Source of the DNA: Anaerolineae bacterium
Lineage (GTDB): Bacteria; Chloroflexota; Anaerolineae; Fen-1058
Reading direction: 5' to 3'
Assembly (NCBI GenBank): GCA_041300525.1
Contig: JBGLNJ010000001.1
Location: 748,854 to 812,853, forward strand
Length of the DNA: 64,000 bases
A program made the translations under genes and the position numbers. Of the stretch, positions 46,462 to 55,517 are shown piece after piece (the stretch's first letter is position 1; every line of letters begins with the position of its first letter). Under the pieces are notes generated by a model. That model was not told the DNA's origin. It saw nothing but the letters and a program-made list of their open reading frames with translations, and did no database searches.

Positions 46462-47421
46462 ATGGACACGTTACTCGACCTATCTATCGTTCTTCCCGTA
46501 TACAACGAAGCAGGCGCGTTGCCGGCGTTGCATGCCGAACTCACGGCTTGCCTTTCTGCGTTGGGCCGGGCCTATGAGATCATTGCCGTGGACGACGGCT
46601 CGCGCGACGAGAGCCTGGCAATCCTCAAGCAGTTGGCCGCATCCGATCCGCACTTGATCGTCATCGCGCTGCGGCGCAACTTTGGGCAGACGGCGGCGTT
46701 CGCGGCGGGTTTCGACCATTCGCGCGGCGGCGTGGTGATCACGCTGGACGCCGACGGCCAGAACGACCCGGCGGACATCCCGGCCATCCTGTCCAAGCTC
46801 GACGAGGGCTATGACATCGTCTCCGGCTGGCGGCAGAATCGCAAAGAGCCGTTCTTCCTGCGGCGGCTGCCATCCATCGTCGCCAACTGGCTGATCTCGC
46901 GCTCGACGGACGTAAAGCTGCACGACTATGGCTGCTCGCTCAAAGCGTACCGGATCGAGGTGGTCAAGAACGTGCGCCTCTACGGCGAGCTGCACCGCTT
47001 TATCCCGGCGCTGGCTTCGTGGATGGGCGTCAAAATCGCCGAGACGCCGGTCAAGGACCGCAAGCGCACGCATGGCAAGAGCAAGGTCGGCCTTGACCGC
47101 ACCTGGCGCGTCCTGCTCGACCTGCTGACGGTTTCGTTTCTGCTGAGTTATAGCGCGCGCCCGATGCAGTTGTTCGGCGGGCTGGGGCTGGTATCGTTCG
47201 GAATCGGGACGCTGATTGCCTTGTATCTGTCCGCGCTCAAGTTGCTCTATGGCGCCAGCTTGTCTAACAAGCCTTCGCTGTGGCTGGCCGTTCTGCTGAT
47301 CGTCGTTGGCGTGCAGTTCATTTCGCTGGGCCTGATTGCCGAGATGATGACGCGTACGTACCACGAGACGCAGAACAAGCCGATTTATGCGGTGAGGGAA
47401 ATCGTCAAACGTGATGCGTAA
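46462..47421 (+). CDS. GT2 polyprenyl-phosphate glycosyltransferase (DPM1/GtrB/ArnC-like) with C-terminal TM helices
   Basis: LSIVLPVYNE...DDGSRD...TLDADGQND...GWRQNRKE, plus two C-terminal TM helices. Confidence 0.85.
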   Translation: MDTLLDLSIVLPVYNEAGALPALHAELTACLSALGRAYEIIAVDDGSRDESLAILKQLAASDPHLIVIALRRNFGQTAAFAAGFDHSRGGVVITLDADGQNDPADIPAILSKLDEGYDIVSGWRQNRKEPFFLRRLPSIVANWLISRSTDVKLHDYGCSLKAYRIEVVKNVRLYGELHRFIPALASWMGVKIAETPVKDRKRTHGKSKVGLDRTWRVLLDLLTVSFLLSYSARPMQLFGGLGLVSFGIGTLIALYLSALKLLYGASLSNKPSLWLAVLLIVVGVQFISLGLIAEMMTRTYHETQNKPIYAVREIVKRDA

Positions 47422-47500
47422 CGTACTTCGTACTGCGTAATGCATAACGGGACAGAGCACAAAGTACGCAGTACGAAACACGTAGCACGTCTGCTACCTG
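47422..47500. repeat. Inverted heptamer-array hairpin, copy 2 (CGTACTT CGTACTG CGTAATG ... TACGCAG TACGAAA CACGTAGCACG), in direct orientation relative to copy 1
   Basis: Shares ...GTACTGCGTAATG... and ...ACGCAGTACG.AA.ACGTAGCACG with copy 1. It also begins inside the upstream TAA stop. Confidence 0.65.
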
Positions 47501-47599
47501 AGACGCGCGTTTAGAAGTATAATAGCGAGTGTCAGATTACGTGTTTTCCGTCTGACTGCAGTTCGCTGACCACTGGCAGAACCACGGGAAGGAAGACCC

Positions 47600-48349
47600 A
47601 TGCCGGAAGAATACAATAAACTTGCGGAGGGCATTGTCAAAGGCTCCGTCCCGATGGTCGCCAGCTTTGTCGAACGCTACGTCTCGGACGACGAGCCTGG
47701 CTTTTTCGTGGGCGACCGGGAACACGTCGAAGGTGACATCCGCGTTCACGTGACGGTGTTCGGGCAACTGGAGCAAGCCAACTCGCACCTCACGGACTCG
47801 ATTCAAATGGGCGTGGTGGATTTGCAGCAGTTGCCTGACGGGCGTGTATGGATGGTGGTCGGCGCGCTGCCTACGCTGGCAGAAACCGAAGCCTGGTTGA
47901 CCGATCTGTATTCGGCGATGGTGCGCCGGATGGCGGCGCGGCTGGTGCAGTTTGGATTCCTGGACGCGCCGAACCGCCCGCGATTGCGGGCAGCTTCTAC
48001 GATGGCGCTGACGCAGGTGGCTCAGGCGCTCAAACCGCCCAAGCCTGTTCCCGCGCCACAACCGCCTCCCACGCCGGCCGCGTCGGCTGCGTCGGCTGCG
48101 CCGATAGCGCAAGCCGCCGAACCGCCCCAAGCTGCTACGCCTGTCAGGCCGAGTGTGGCAACTGCGTCGGCCAGCGCGCCCGTCGCGCCTGCGCACCGGG
48201 TTGTGCCTTCGCCGTCAGCCCCTTCGCCTGACCTGTTCAGCCCGCCGTCCTTCCAGCAACTCGATCTCGTGCTCACGATTGCGATGGTGTTCATCTGGGT
48301 GGCGGCATGCGGACTGTTGTTTTACCTCTTGACCCTGTTGTTGAAATGA
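47600..48349 (+). CDS. Hypothetical protein with Pro/Ala-rich linker and C-terminal TM anchor
   Basis: 249 aa; C-terminal LVLTIAMVFIWVAACGLLFYLLTLLL. Stop overlaps the next gene's ATG (ATGA). Confidence 0.5.
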   Translation: MPEEYNKLAEGIVKGSVPMVASFVERYVSDDEPGFFVGDREHVEGDIRVHVTVFGQLEQANSHLTDSIQMGVVDLQQLPDGRVWMVVGALPTLAETEAWLTDLYSAMVRRMAARLVQFGFLDAPNRPRLRAASTMALTQVAQALKPPKPVPAPQPPPTPAASAASAAPIAQAAEPPQAATPVRPSVATASASAPVAPAHRVVPSPSAPSPDLFSPPSFQQLDLVLTIAMVFIWVAACGLLFYLLTLLLK

Positions 48350-49983
48350 ACCGACTCCTCGTGATCGGACTGGACGGGGCAACGCTCGACCTCGTTCGCC
48401 CCTGGGCCGCGCAAGGCCATCTTCCCCACCTCGCCAAGCTCATCGCCGAAGGAACGCACGGGCCGCTCGAATCCACGCTGCCACCGGTCACGTCGCCGGC
48501 GTGGCCGTCGTTCGTCACCGGCAAGAACCCGGGCCGCCACGGCGTATTTGATTTCATCCGCCCGCGGACGGGCGGCCTGCGTACAGGCGCGTTCGACATG
48601 GTCAACGCCAGCCAGATTGACGGGCGGATGATTTGGGAATACCTCTCGGACACAGGGCTGACGTGCGGCGTGCTCAACGTGCCGATCACCTACCCACCGC
48701 GCAAGGTCAACGGGTACCTCGTGCCCGGCCTGCTCAGTCCCGACCAGGGCAAGACGACCTACCCGCCGGAATACCTGGCGCCTTACGAGGCAGAGCTTGG
48801 CCCGTATCGGCTGACGCCGCGTGTCTCATACAAGGCGGGCAACGAAGATGCCTTCATCGCCGACATTGCCGACCTGATCGAGACGCAGGCGCGTTACGCG
48901 CTGCGCCTGATGCGCGATCATCCGACAGATTTCACGATGGCGCATTTCCTGGCGACGGACATTAGCCAGCACGCGCTATGGAAACATCAGGACCCGACTC
49001 ACCCGGCGCACGATCCCGCGCAGGCGGCGCGCTACGGCAACGCCATCCGCGACATTTACGCGCGGCTCGACGCTGTCCTCGGCCAGATGATGGCGCTGGC
49101 GCCCGATGCAACGGTCATCGTGATGAGCGATCACGGGTTCGGGCCGCTGCATCGCATCGTCAACCTGAATATGCTGTTCCTCGAAGCGGGACTGCTCGCG
49201 CTCAAGCCGACGCCGTGGGTGCGTCTGCGCGCGTGGGCGTTCAAGCGCGGGCTCACGCCGGCGGCTGTGTGGAAGGTCATCGAGCGTGTTGGCCTGCAGA
49301 ACATGGTCTGGCGCGTGAGCAAGAAAGCGCGCAACGAGGTCGTGGGCAAATTCCTGGGTTTCGAGGATGTGGACTGGTCACGCACGCTGGCGTATTCGAT
49401 GGGGCACGTGGGCCAGGTGTACGTCAACCTCAAGGGGCGAGAGCCGCAGGGCATCGTTGAGCCGGAGGATTACGTGGCGGTGCGCGAGCGCGTCATCGGC
49501 GTGCTCAAGACCTTGGGCGACCGCGAGGGATCGCCCTTACATATTGATCGCATCATCCCGCGCGAAGAGACGGCGTCTGGCCCGTACCTCGACCGCGCGC
49601 CCGATCTGCACGTGGTGATGGATGGTTATCGCACCATTGCGTTTCCGCTATTCGCCGTGGACGGCAAGATCGTCACGCGGCAGATTCGGGGCGATTCGGG
49701 CTGCCATCGCCTGCACGGCGTGTTCATCGCGCGCGGCGCGGGCATTGCTCACGGCGAGATTGCGGGCGCGCGCATCATTGACCTCGCGCCGACGATCCTG
49801 CACCTGATGAACGTCCCCGTGCCGGACGACATGGACGGGCGTGTGCTGACCGAGGCGCTCGTCACGCCGCGCCCGGTCGAGACGCAGACTGCCCTGCCTG
49901 CCTCGCACGCGCAACAAGACTTTACCGCCGAAGAAGCCGCCGAGGTGGAAGAGAGGCTGAGGGCGCTAGGCTATCTAGGTTGA
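48346..49983 (+). CDS. Alkaline phosphatase superfamily protein (type I phosphodiesterase / nucleotide pyrophosphatase-like), paralog B
   Basis: MNRLLVIGLDGATLDL...TLPPVTSPAW; SDHGFG. Same architecture as 44728..46386. Confidence 0.8.
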   Translation: MNRLLVIGLDGATLDLVRPWAAQGHLPHLAKLIAEGTHGPLESTLPPVTSPAWPSFVTGKNPGRHGVFDFIRPRTGGLRTGAFDMVNASQIDGRMIWEYLSDTGLTCGVLNVPITYPPRKVNGYLVPGLLSPDQGKTTYPPEYLAPYEAELGPYRLTPRVSYKAGNEDAFIADIADLIETQARYALRLMRDHPTDFTMAHFLATDISQHALWKHQDPTHPAHDPAQAARYGNAIRDIYARLDAVLGQMMALAPDATVIVMSDHGFGPLHRIVNLNMLFLEAGLLALKPTPWVRLRAWAFKRGLTPAAVWKVIERVGLQNMVWRVSKKARNEVVGKFLGFEDVDWSRTLAYSMGHVGQVYVNLKGREPQGIVEPEDYVAVRERVIGVLKTLGDREGSPLHIDRIIPREETASGPYLDRAPDLHVVMDGYRTIAFPLFAVDGKIVTRQIRGDSGCHRLHGVFIARGAGIAHGEIAGARIIDLAPTILHLMNVPVPDDMDGRVLTEALVTPRPVETQTALPASHAQQDFTAEEAAEVEERLRALGYLG

Positions 49984-50033
49984 ATATCGAATGACGAGTG
50001 CGAGTGTCGAACAGTTGACCCGCCTTCCCTGCC
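49984..50033. repeat. Short heptamer-type repeat (TCGAATGACGAGTGCGAGTGTCGAAC)
   Basis: Read directly from the sequence. Confidence 0.35.
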
Positions 50034-50060
50034 GTGCTAGAATATCGGCGAAGGAGTAAG

Positions 50061-50357
50061 ATGTCTACGCAAGTAACTTATGTGACCATTCCTGTGTCGC
50101 CTGAAATCATTGAACAACTCCCGCCTGACCCGATAACGCGGGAGCAAGTTCTGGGACTCGGCCTGCGGCAATGGCGGATTCGCCAGGCGTTGGAAGATTA
50201 CCGGCAAGGGCGTGGCACACTAGCCTATGCCGCCGAACGGGCTGGCGTCTCGATACGCGAGATCACCCCACTGGCATACGCCTATGGCCTAACGCCCTCA
50301 GTTGATCCTGACTGGCTCTCCGATACCCTCACACTCGACCAGGCTTTGCAACTATGA
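50061..50357 (+). CDS. UPF0175-family antitoxin-like protein
   Basis: RBS AAGGAG; ...RIRQALEDYRQGRGTLAYAAERAGVSIREITPLAYAYGL..., typical of UPF0175. Confidence 0.6.
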   Translation: MSTQVTYVTIPVSPEIIEQLPPDPITREQVLGLGLRQWRIRQALEDYRQGRGTLAYAAERAGVSIREITPLAYAYGLTPSVDPDWLSDTLTLDQALQL

Positions 50358-50875
50358 TCGCCGTTGCCGACACCGGCCCGTTGCTCGCGCTGGCGAAAGT
50401 CAATGCTCTGGATTTGCTTGCGCATCTCTTTCAGCAAGCTGTCATAACACCCGCTGTGTTCACCGAAGCGATCACCGCCGGTTTGGCTCAGAACGCGCCG
50501 GATGCTTACATCTTGGAAGCTGCTGTCAAAAATGGCCGATTGCAAATGCGCGTTCCCAAGCCGCTCGCGCTTCCTCGCCCTGCTTTCATTCATCGCGGCG
50601 AAGAGGAAAGTATTCGTTTGGCCATTGAACTGGCTGCCGATTGTTTGCTGGTGGACGATCTCGATGCGCGGCGCGCAGCTATAGACAACTTTGCAGCGGC
50701 AGGTGTGTCTACCTCGGTCAAGGGCACACTTGGCGTGATTGTGACCACTTATCAGCAAAAGTATCTGGCGCGAGAACAAGCGGTGGATTTAGTGAATGCT
50801 CTCAAGGCTCGCCCTGATATCTGGATCAGCAGGAAATTGTGTGATCAGGTGATTCGCACAATCCAAAAATACTAG
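50354..50875 (+). CDS. DUF3368 PIN-like nuclease toxin
   Basis: MIAVADTGPLLALAKVNALDLL... DUF3368 signature. 4-nt overlap with the upstream antitoxin gene. Confidence 0.65.
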   Translation: MIAVADTGPLLALAKVNALDLLAHLFQQAVITPAVFTEAITAGLAQNAPDAYILEAAVKNGRLQMRVPKPLALPRPAFIHRGEEESIRLAIELAADCLLVDDLDARRAAIDNFAAAGVSTSVKGTLGVIVTTYQQKYLAREQAVDLVNALKARPDIWISRKLCDQVIRTIQKY

Positions 50876-50969
50876 TTACCCAGTGCTCGGCCAATGGCGG
50901 CACAGGATTTTCTAAACCAAAAGCGCGGCCCGTCAACCAACCGGGCCGCGCCTTTGTTTGAATCCGGGA

Positions 50970-52589
50970 TTAGCGCACGAGCGACAGCGCCACCTGGCCG
51001 AGCAGCGCCAACACGCCCAGTCCCATGAGCGCGTACACCGCAAACTGGGCCAGCGGGTATACCCAGGACGTGACTTTTTGCCCATCGTCCAGTACCAGCT
51101 CCCGCAGCTCGAATACCGGTTGCGGCACGCGACGGAACCATCCCCGCGCCACGCCACTTTGGCCCACAAATTTTTCGGCGCGCAACAAGCCGAACAGAAA
51201 CTCGAACAGCCGCCACGGCTGGCGATAGTCCAGCACGATAAATCCGCTGGAATCTTGCAGGACGAGGTCTTTGCTATAGAACAGTCCCGGCACGCCTCGC
51301 CCGATCACGCGCCCTCGGAGCGTGCCCGGCGCCGCGCGCACTCGGCTTACTTTCACCTCGCCGACCAAGCCCTTGATCTCGCGTTCGGGTGAAAGGTCGG
51401 GCGGGTACATAAAGCGGCGCTGGAGCCACCAGGTCACGCTCCACACCAGCAGGCCCGCGCCCACGCCCGCCAGCGGCAGGCTGAGCAGCACGCCCGCGCC
51501 GGCCAGCGCCAAGCCCATCACAAAGCCGATCCAGGCAAGTTGGTTGACCGCCAGATCAACCAGGAACTCGCCCCAGTAGCTTTCCGTCTGCACTTCGCGA
51601 AAGGCGAACGACGGCGCTCGGCCTTGCGCTTCGCATTGCTTTTCCAGCGCCTTGATGCGCTTGGCCGGCAGCGGGTGGCTGGACGATAGCTCGTACCAAC
51701 CCGCCCACGGATTCCACAAGTCCCACTTCATGGCTTCTGTCATGGACGCCGCCGACAGGTTGCCCGTGCCGGCTCCGGTCAATGCCAGCACGTTGGCGAC
51801 TCGGGGGTCAAAGATGCCAAAGGCGCGCGCAGCCTGCATGCGCACATCGTTCTTGGCTTCGCCGGACTCGGGCGCGCGCGCCAGGCCATAAGCGATCTTG
51901 ACCAAGCCGGTTGCCAGCGCGTCGGGGTTGCCCGTCACTTCTCCGGCGAAGCGGTCGGCGTAATACTCGCGCACGCGGCTGAGGAGCAGCACAATGAACT
52001 GGCTGACCACGTAAGCGACGTACGCCAGCAGCCCGGCGAGCGCAATGTAGCCGCCGCTCCTGCGCGAACGGCCGCTCCCGCGCGTGGCAAACCACAGCGT
52101 ATACAGCACCAACGGCGCCACTGCCGCCACCGTCATTACCACAAAATCCCAGTGCGCGATGTGGCCCATCTCGTGGCCCACGACCGCCTGCACCTCTTGA
52201 GGGTCGAGCATTTGCAGCAGCCCGCGCGTGACGACCAATCGCGCGTTGCCCGGATAGTGCCCGAAGGTAAAGGCATTCGGATTGCCGTCGTCAATCACGC
52301 CAAAACGCGGTTGAGGGATATTGCGCTCTTGGCACGTGCGCGCGATGAAAGCTGCCAGTTGGGGATTGAATTGCGCGGGGTCCGTCCATTGAATCTTGTA
52401 AATCCATTGCAGGATGAACGGCCCTAGCGCATATTGCAATGCCAGCACGATTACGGCGAACGGCACGGCCAGCCAGACCGGCAGCCCCGTCGCCAGCAGC
52501 GCCATGATGCCAACCGCAAACACCAGCCCGAACAACAAGGTCAGCACGATAACGGAACGGATAGCTAAATTGACCATTGTGCCTCCCAA
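50970..52589 (-). CDS. M48-family Zn metallopeptidase (HtpX/Oma1-like), multi-TM, with extended C-terminal region
   Basis: HEMGHIAHWD HExxH motif; multiple TM segments; 539 aa; TTG start. Confidence 0.75.
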   Translation of the reverse strand: MGGTMVNLAIRSVIVLTLLFGLVFAVGIMALLATGLPVWLAVPFAVIVLALQYALGPFILQWIYKIQWTDPAQFNPQLAAFIARTCQERNIPQPRFGVIDDGNPNAFTFGHYPGNARLVVTRGLLQMLDPQEVQAVVGHEMGHIAHWDFVVMTVAAVAPLVLYTLWFATRGSGRSRRSGGYIALAGLLAYVAYVVSQFIVLLLSRVREYYADRFAGEVTGNPDALATGLVKIAYGLARAPESGEAKNDVRMQAARAFGIFDPRVANVLALTGAGTGNLSAASMTEAMKWDLWNPWAGWYELSSSHPLPAKRIKALEKQCEAQGRAPSFAFREVQTESYWGEFLVDLAVNQLAWIGFVMGLALAGAGVLLSLPLAGVGAGLLVWSVTWWLQRRFMYPPDLSPEREIKGLVGEVKVSRVRAAPGTLRGRVIGRGVPGLFYSKDLVLQDSSGFIVLDYRQPWRLFEFLFGLLRAEKFVGQSGVARGWFRRVPQPVFELRELVLDDGQKVTSWVYPLAQFAVYALMGLGVLALLGQVALSLVR

Positions 52590-52596
52590 TCCGTAC

Positions 52597-52702
52597 TCAA
52601 TGTCATTAAGATAAGCGTAGCATAGCCCCTTGTGGGCGTCTTTCCAAGCGCGGAAACGGGCACAAGGCCCTACGCTACGGCCCTAACTTAACGACAGTCA
52701 AT
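52597..52702. repeat. ~100-bp repeat element, copy A (inverted relative to copy B at 56587..56690)
   Basis: TCAATGTCATTAAGATAAGCGTAGCATAGCCCCTTGTGGGCGTCTTTCCAAGCGCGGAAACGGGCACAAGGCCCTACGCTACGGCCCTAACTTAACGACAGTCAAT. Its reverse complement matches copy B with ~1 mismatch over ~97 nt. Confidence 0.8.
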
Positions 52703-52949
52703 AGCGTATTTGCAGGGTTTCATTGGGGCTCCTCACATAATGTACGGATAGCAAGGAGCCAATTATACCGTCGGATTACTTTTGAGACACGGTAGTAGTA
52801 GCGTCTGCCATGCAAAACATGACACGCGCCCGTATCGAATCGCTGCATCATGCGCTTGACAGTACCATCAGAGTGTGGTATCTTTCGGGCCGTCAGCAGC
52901 ACATTGAGAATATAACCTAAAGACGTTGAATCGGACGAGTAACCGTCGG

Positions 52950-53303
52950 GCGGATTTCAGAGAGTCGGTGGAGGTGGTGAGACACCGATATTCCAAAAGG
53001 CGGCGAATGGACCGAGGAGTCGCAAGGGCAAACGGTGGGGCGGCATCCTGATGCCGCCGCCAAGTAGCCCAAGCCGGAAATCGCCCCCGTTATCGCGGCA
53101 GAAGGTATCGAGAACATTTCTCCGTACCTGCAAGAGTGGGACTGGCTCGCGTTTCGTTTCATACGGACGCGATTTTTGTTTATCGAGCGAGGACGACCAG
53201 TCTCAATAGGGTGGCACCACGGGAGCAAGGTTATTCATAACCAACCTCTCGTCCCTTTGGATGCGCAGAATTCTGCGGGCACAAGGGGACGAGAGGTTTT
53301 TTA
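52950..53303 (+). ncRNA. T-box riboswitch leader (probable tRNA-Trp specificity) with intrinsic terminator, upstream of trpE
   Basis: T-box core AATAGGGTGGCACCACGGG (~53204-53222). Terminator CCTCTCGTCCC...GGGACGAGAGG-TTTTTTATT (53245-53303). Upstream AGAGA motif and a candidate specifier GAAUGGA (UGG = Trp codon). Confidence 0.55.
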
Positions 53304-53365
53304 TTCTCCCTTCTTCCTTGTAGGGAGAAGGGCGGCCCACAGTAGTGGGCAGGGGGATGAGCGTG

Positions 53366-54853
53366 ATGTACCAACCGACCTATTCCGAATTTGAGGCGCT
53401 GGCCGCGCGCGGCAATTTGATTCCGGTCTATCGTGAGATCAACGTGGATTTGGAGACGCCTGTGTCAGTCTATTTGAAATTGCGCGGCGAGGGCAAATCG
53501 TTCCTGCTCGAATCGGTCGAGGGCGGCGAGCAACTGGCGCGCTATTCGTTCCTCGGCGTGAATCCCGCGCGGGTGCTGACGCTGCGCGGCGACCAAGTGA
53601 CGATTCGTAATCACGCGCGCGTCGAACAGTTTTCGCTCGACGGGCGTGACCCGCTGGAGGCGTTGCGGGGATTCCTCGCGCCGTATCAATCGCTGCCGGT
53701 GGCAGCGCGCAGCGTGCCGCGCTTTTTCGGCGGCGCGGTCGGGTATCTCGCTTACGACATCGTGCGCCACATCGAGCGACTGCCCAACACCGCGCGCGAT
53801 GAGCTTGATCTCCCCGATGCGATGTTTCTGTTGGCGGACACCGTCATCGCCTTCGACCACGTCAAGCATCGCGCGCTCGTCATCGCCAATGCGCATGTTG
53901 AGGGTAACCCGAGCGCCGCTTACGACGACGCGGTGGCGCGCATCGAGCACCTCATCGCGCGCTTGAATCAGCCGATGCCGAAGCCTTCTCCTGCGCCCTC
54001 CCGCAATGGTCACGCTCTCGAATCGAACGTTTCGCCGGAGCAGTACGCGCAGAGGGTGGAGCGCGCGAAGGAATACATCGCCGCCGGCGACATTTTCCAG
54101 GTCGTCCTTTCGCAGCGGTTTGGGCGTGAGACGCGCGCAGACGCCTTTTCGATTTACCGCGCGCTGCGGCGTTTGAACCCGTCGCTGTACATGTTCTTTT
54201 TGGACTTGCGCGAAATGCAGTTTATCGGCTCGTCCCCCGAAGTCCTGGTGCGGCTCGAAGACGGCCTGGCGCAGCTCAACCCCATCGCTGGGACGCGCCC
54301 GCGCGGCGCAGACGAGGCCGCCGACGCCCGCCTTGAAGAAGAACTGCGCGTGGATCCGAAAGAGCGCGCGGAGCACGTCATGCTGGTGGATTTGGGACGC
54401 AACGATTTGGGGCGCGTGTGCGAGTACGGCTCGGTGCAGGTGCCCGATTTCATGACCGTCGAAAGATACTCGCACGTGATGCACCTCGTCTCACGCGTCA
54501 CCGGCAAGCTGCGCGCCGAGTTGGACGGGTTCGACTTGCTCCGCGCGACCTTTCCCGCCGGGACCGTTTCCGGCGCGCCCAAAGTCCGCGCGATGGAGAT
54601 CATTGAAGAACTCGAAGGCACGCGGCGTGGGCCGTATGCGGGCGCGGTCGGCTATCTGGGATTCCCCGTCGCCGGCAAGGGCAATATGGATTTTTGTATC
54701 ACGATTCGCACCATCGTTCAACGCGGGCCACAGGCGTTCATCCAGGCCGGCGCGGGCATCGTGGCCGATTCCGATCCGATGCGCGAGCATCAAGAGTGCG
54801 TGAACAAGGCCCGCGCCCTGGCCGAAGCGATCCGATTGGCGGAAGAAGGCTAG
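53366..54853 (+). CDS. trpE: Anthranilate synthase component I
   Basis: Chorismate-binding-enzyme C-terminal motifs (GAVGYLGF...G..DFCITIRT) and N-terminal Trp-feedback region (LLESVEGGE). Confidence 0.9.
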   Translation: MYQPTYSEFEALAARGNLIPVYREINVDLETPVSVYLKLRGEGKSFLLESVEGGEQLARYSFLGVNPARVLTLRGDQVTIRNHARVEQFSLDGRDPLEALRGFLAPYQSLPVAARSVPRFFGGAVGYLAYDIVRHIERLPNTARDELDLPDAMFLLADTVIAFDHVKHRALVIANAHVEGNPSAAYDDAVARIEHLIARLNQPMPKPSPAPSRNGHALESNVSPEQYAQRVERAKEYIAAGDIFQVVLSQRFGRETRADAFSIYRALRRLNPSLYMFFLDLREMQFIGSSPEVLVRLEDGLAQLNPIAGTRPRGADEAADARLEEELRVDPKERAEHVMLVDLGRNDLGRVCEYGSVQVPDFMTVERYSHVMHLVSRVTGKLRAELDGFDLLRATFPAGTVSGAPKVRAMEIIEELEGTRRGPYAGAVGYLGFPVAGKGNMDFCITIRTIVQRGPQAFIQAGAGIVADSDPMREHQECVNKARALAEAIRLAEEG

Positions 54854-54944
54854 GTTTTTCTCCGCGAATCACGCGAATCCCCGCCAATCTTTCTGATTCG
54901 CGCCCATTCGCGTTATTCGCGGAAAAAGATATGGAGGCTAACCC

Positions 54945-55517
54945 ATGATTCTCGTCATAGACAATTACGATTCTTTCACCTACAACCTCGTCCAGTACCT
55001 GGGCGAGCTGGGCGCGGAGCTGCGCGTCTTTCGCAACGACGCCGTGACGCCGGACGAGATCAAGCGACTCTCGCCCTCACACATCGTCATTTCTCCTGGC
55101 CCCGGCGGCCCAGGCGACGGCGGCATCTCGACCGGCGTCATCCGCGAGTTTCATCGTGACGTGCCCCTCCTGGGCGTGTGCCTGGGACACCAGTGCATCG
55201 GACACGTGTTCGGCGGCGTGGTGGGACGCGCGCCGCGTTTGATGCACGGCAAAACCTCGGCGGTTTATCACGATGGGCGCGGCGTCTTTGAAGGCGTACC
55301 GAGTCCGTTCGAGGCGGGCCGTTATCACTCGCTCATCGTCCAGGAACCGCTGCCGGACGAATTGCGCGTCACGGCCTTTACCAAGGAAGGCGAAGTGATG
55401 GGCCTTCGCCACAAGCGTTATCCGCTCGAAGGAGTGCAGTTTCACCCTGAGAGTGTGCTGACCAGATTCGGCAAACAGATCCTCAAAAACTTTTTAGACT
55501 ATGGAGGCCAAGCGTGA
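54945..55517 (+). CDS. trpG: Anthranilate synthase component II / glutamine amidotransferase (TrpG/PabA type)
   Basis: [23 protein letters not shown]...; catalytic GVCLGHQ. Confidence 0.9.
   Translation: MILVIDNYDSFTYNLVQYLGELGAELRVFRNDAVTPDEIKRLSPSHIVISPGPGGPGDGGISTGVIREFHRDVPLLGVCLGHQCIGHVFGGVVGRAPRLMHGKTSAVYHDGRGVFEGVPSPFEAGRYHSLIVQEPLPDELRVTAFTKEGEVMGLRHKRYPLEGVQFHPESVLTRFGKQILKNFLDYGGQA

Noticed and set aside
53176-53394. 72-aa ORF upstream of trpE, considered as a Trp-codon leader peptide (attenuation)
   Set aside because: Only a single Trp codon and no tandem Trp codons. The region instead carries a T-box consensus and terminator, which explains it better.
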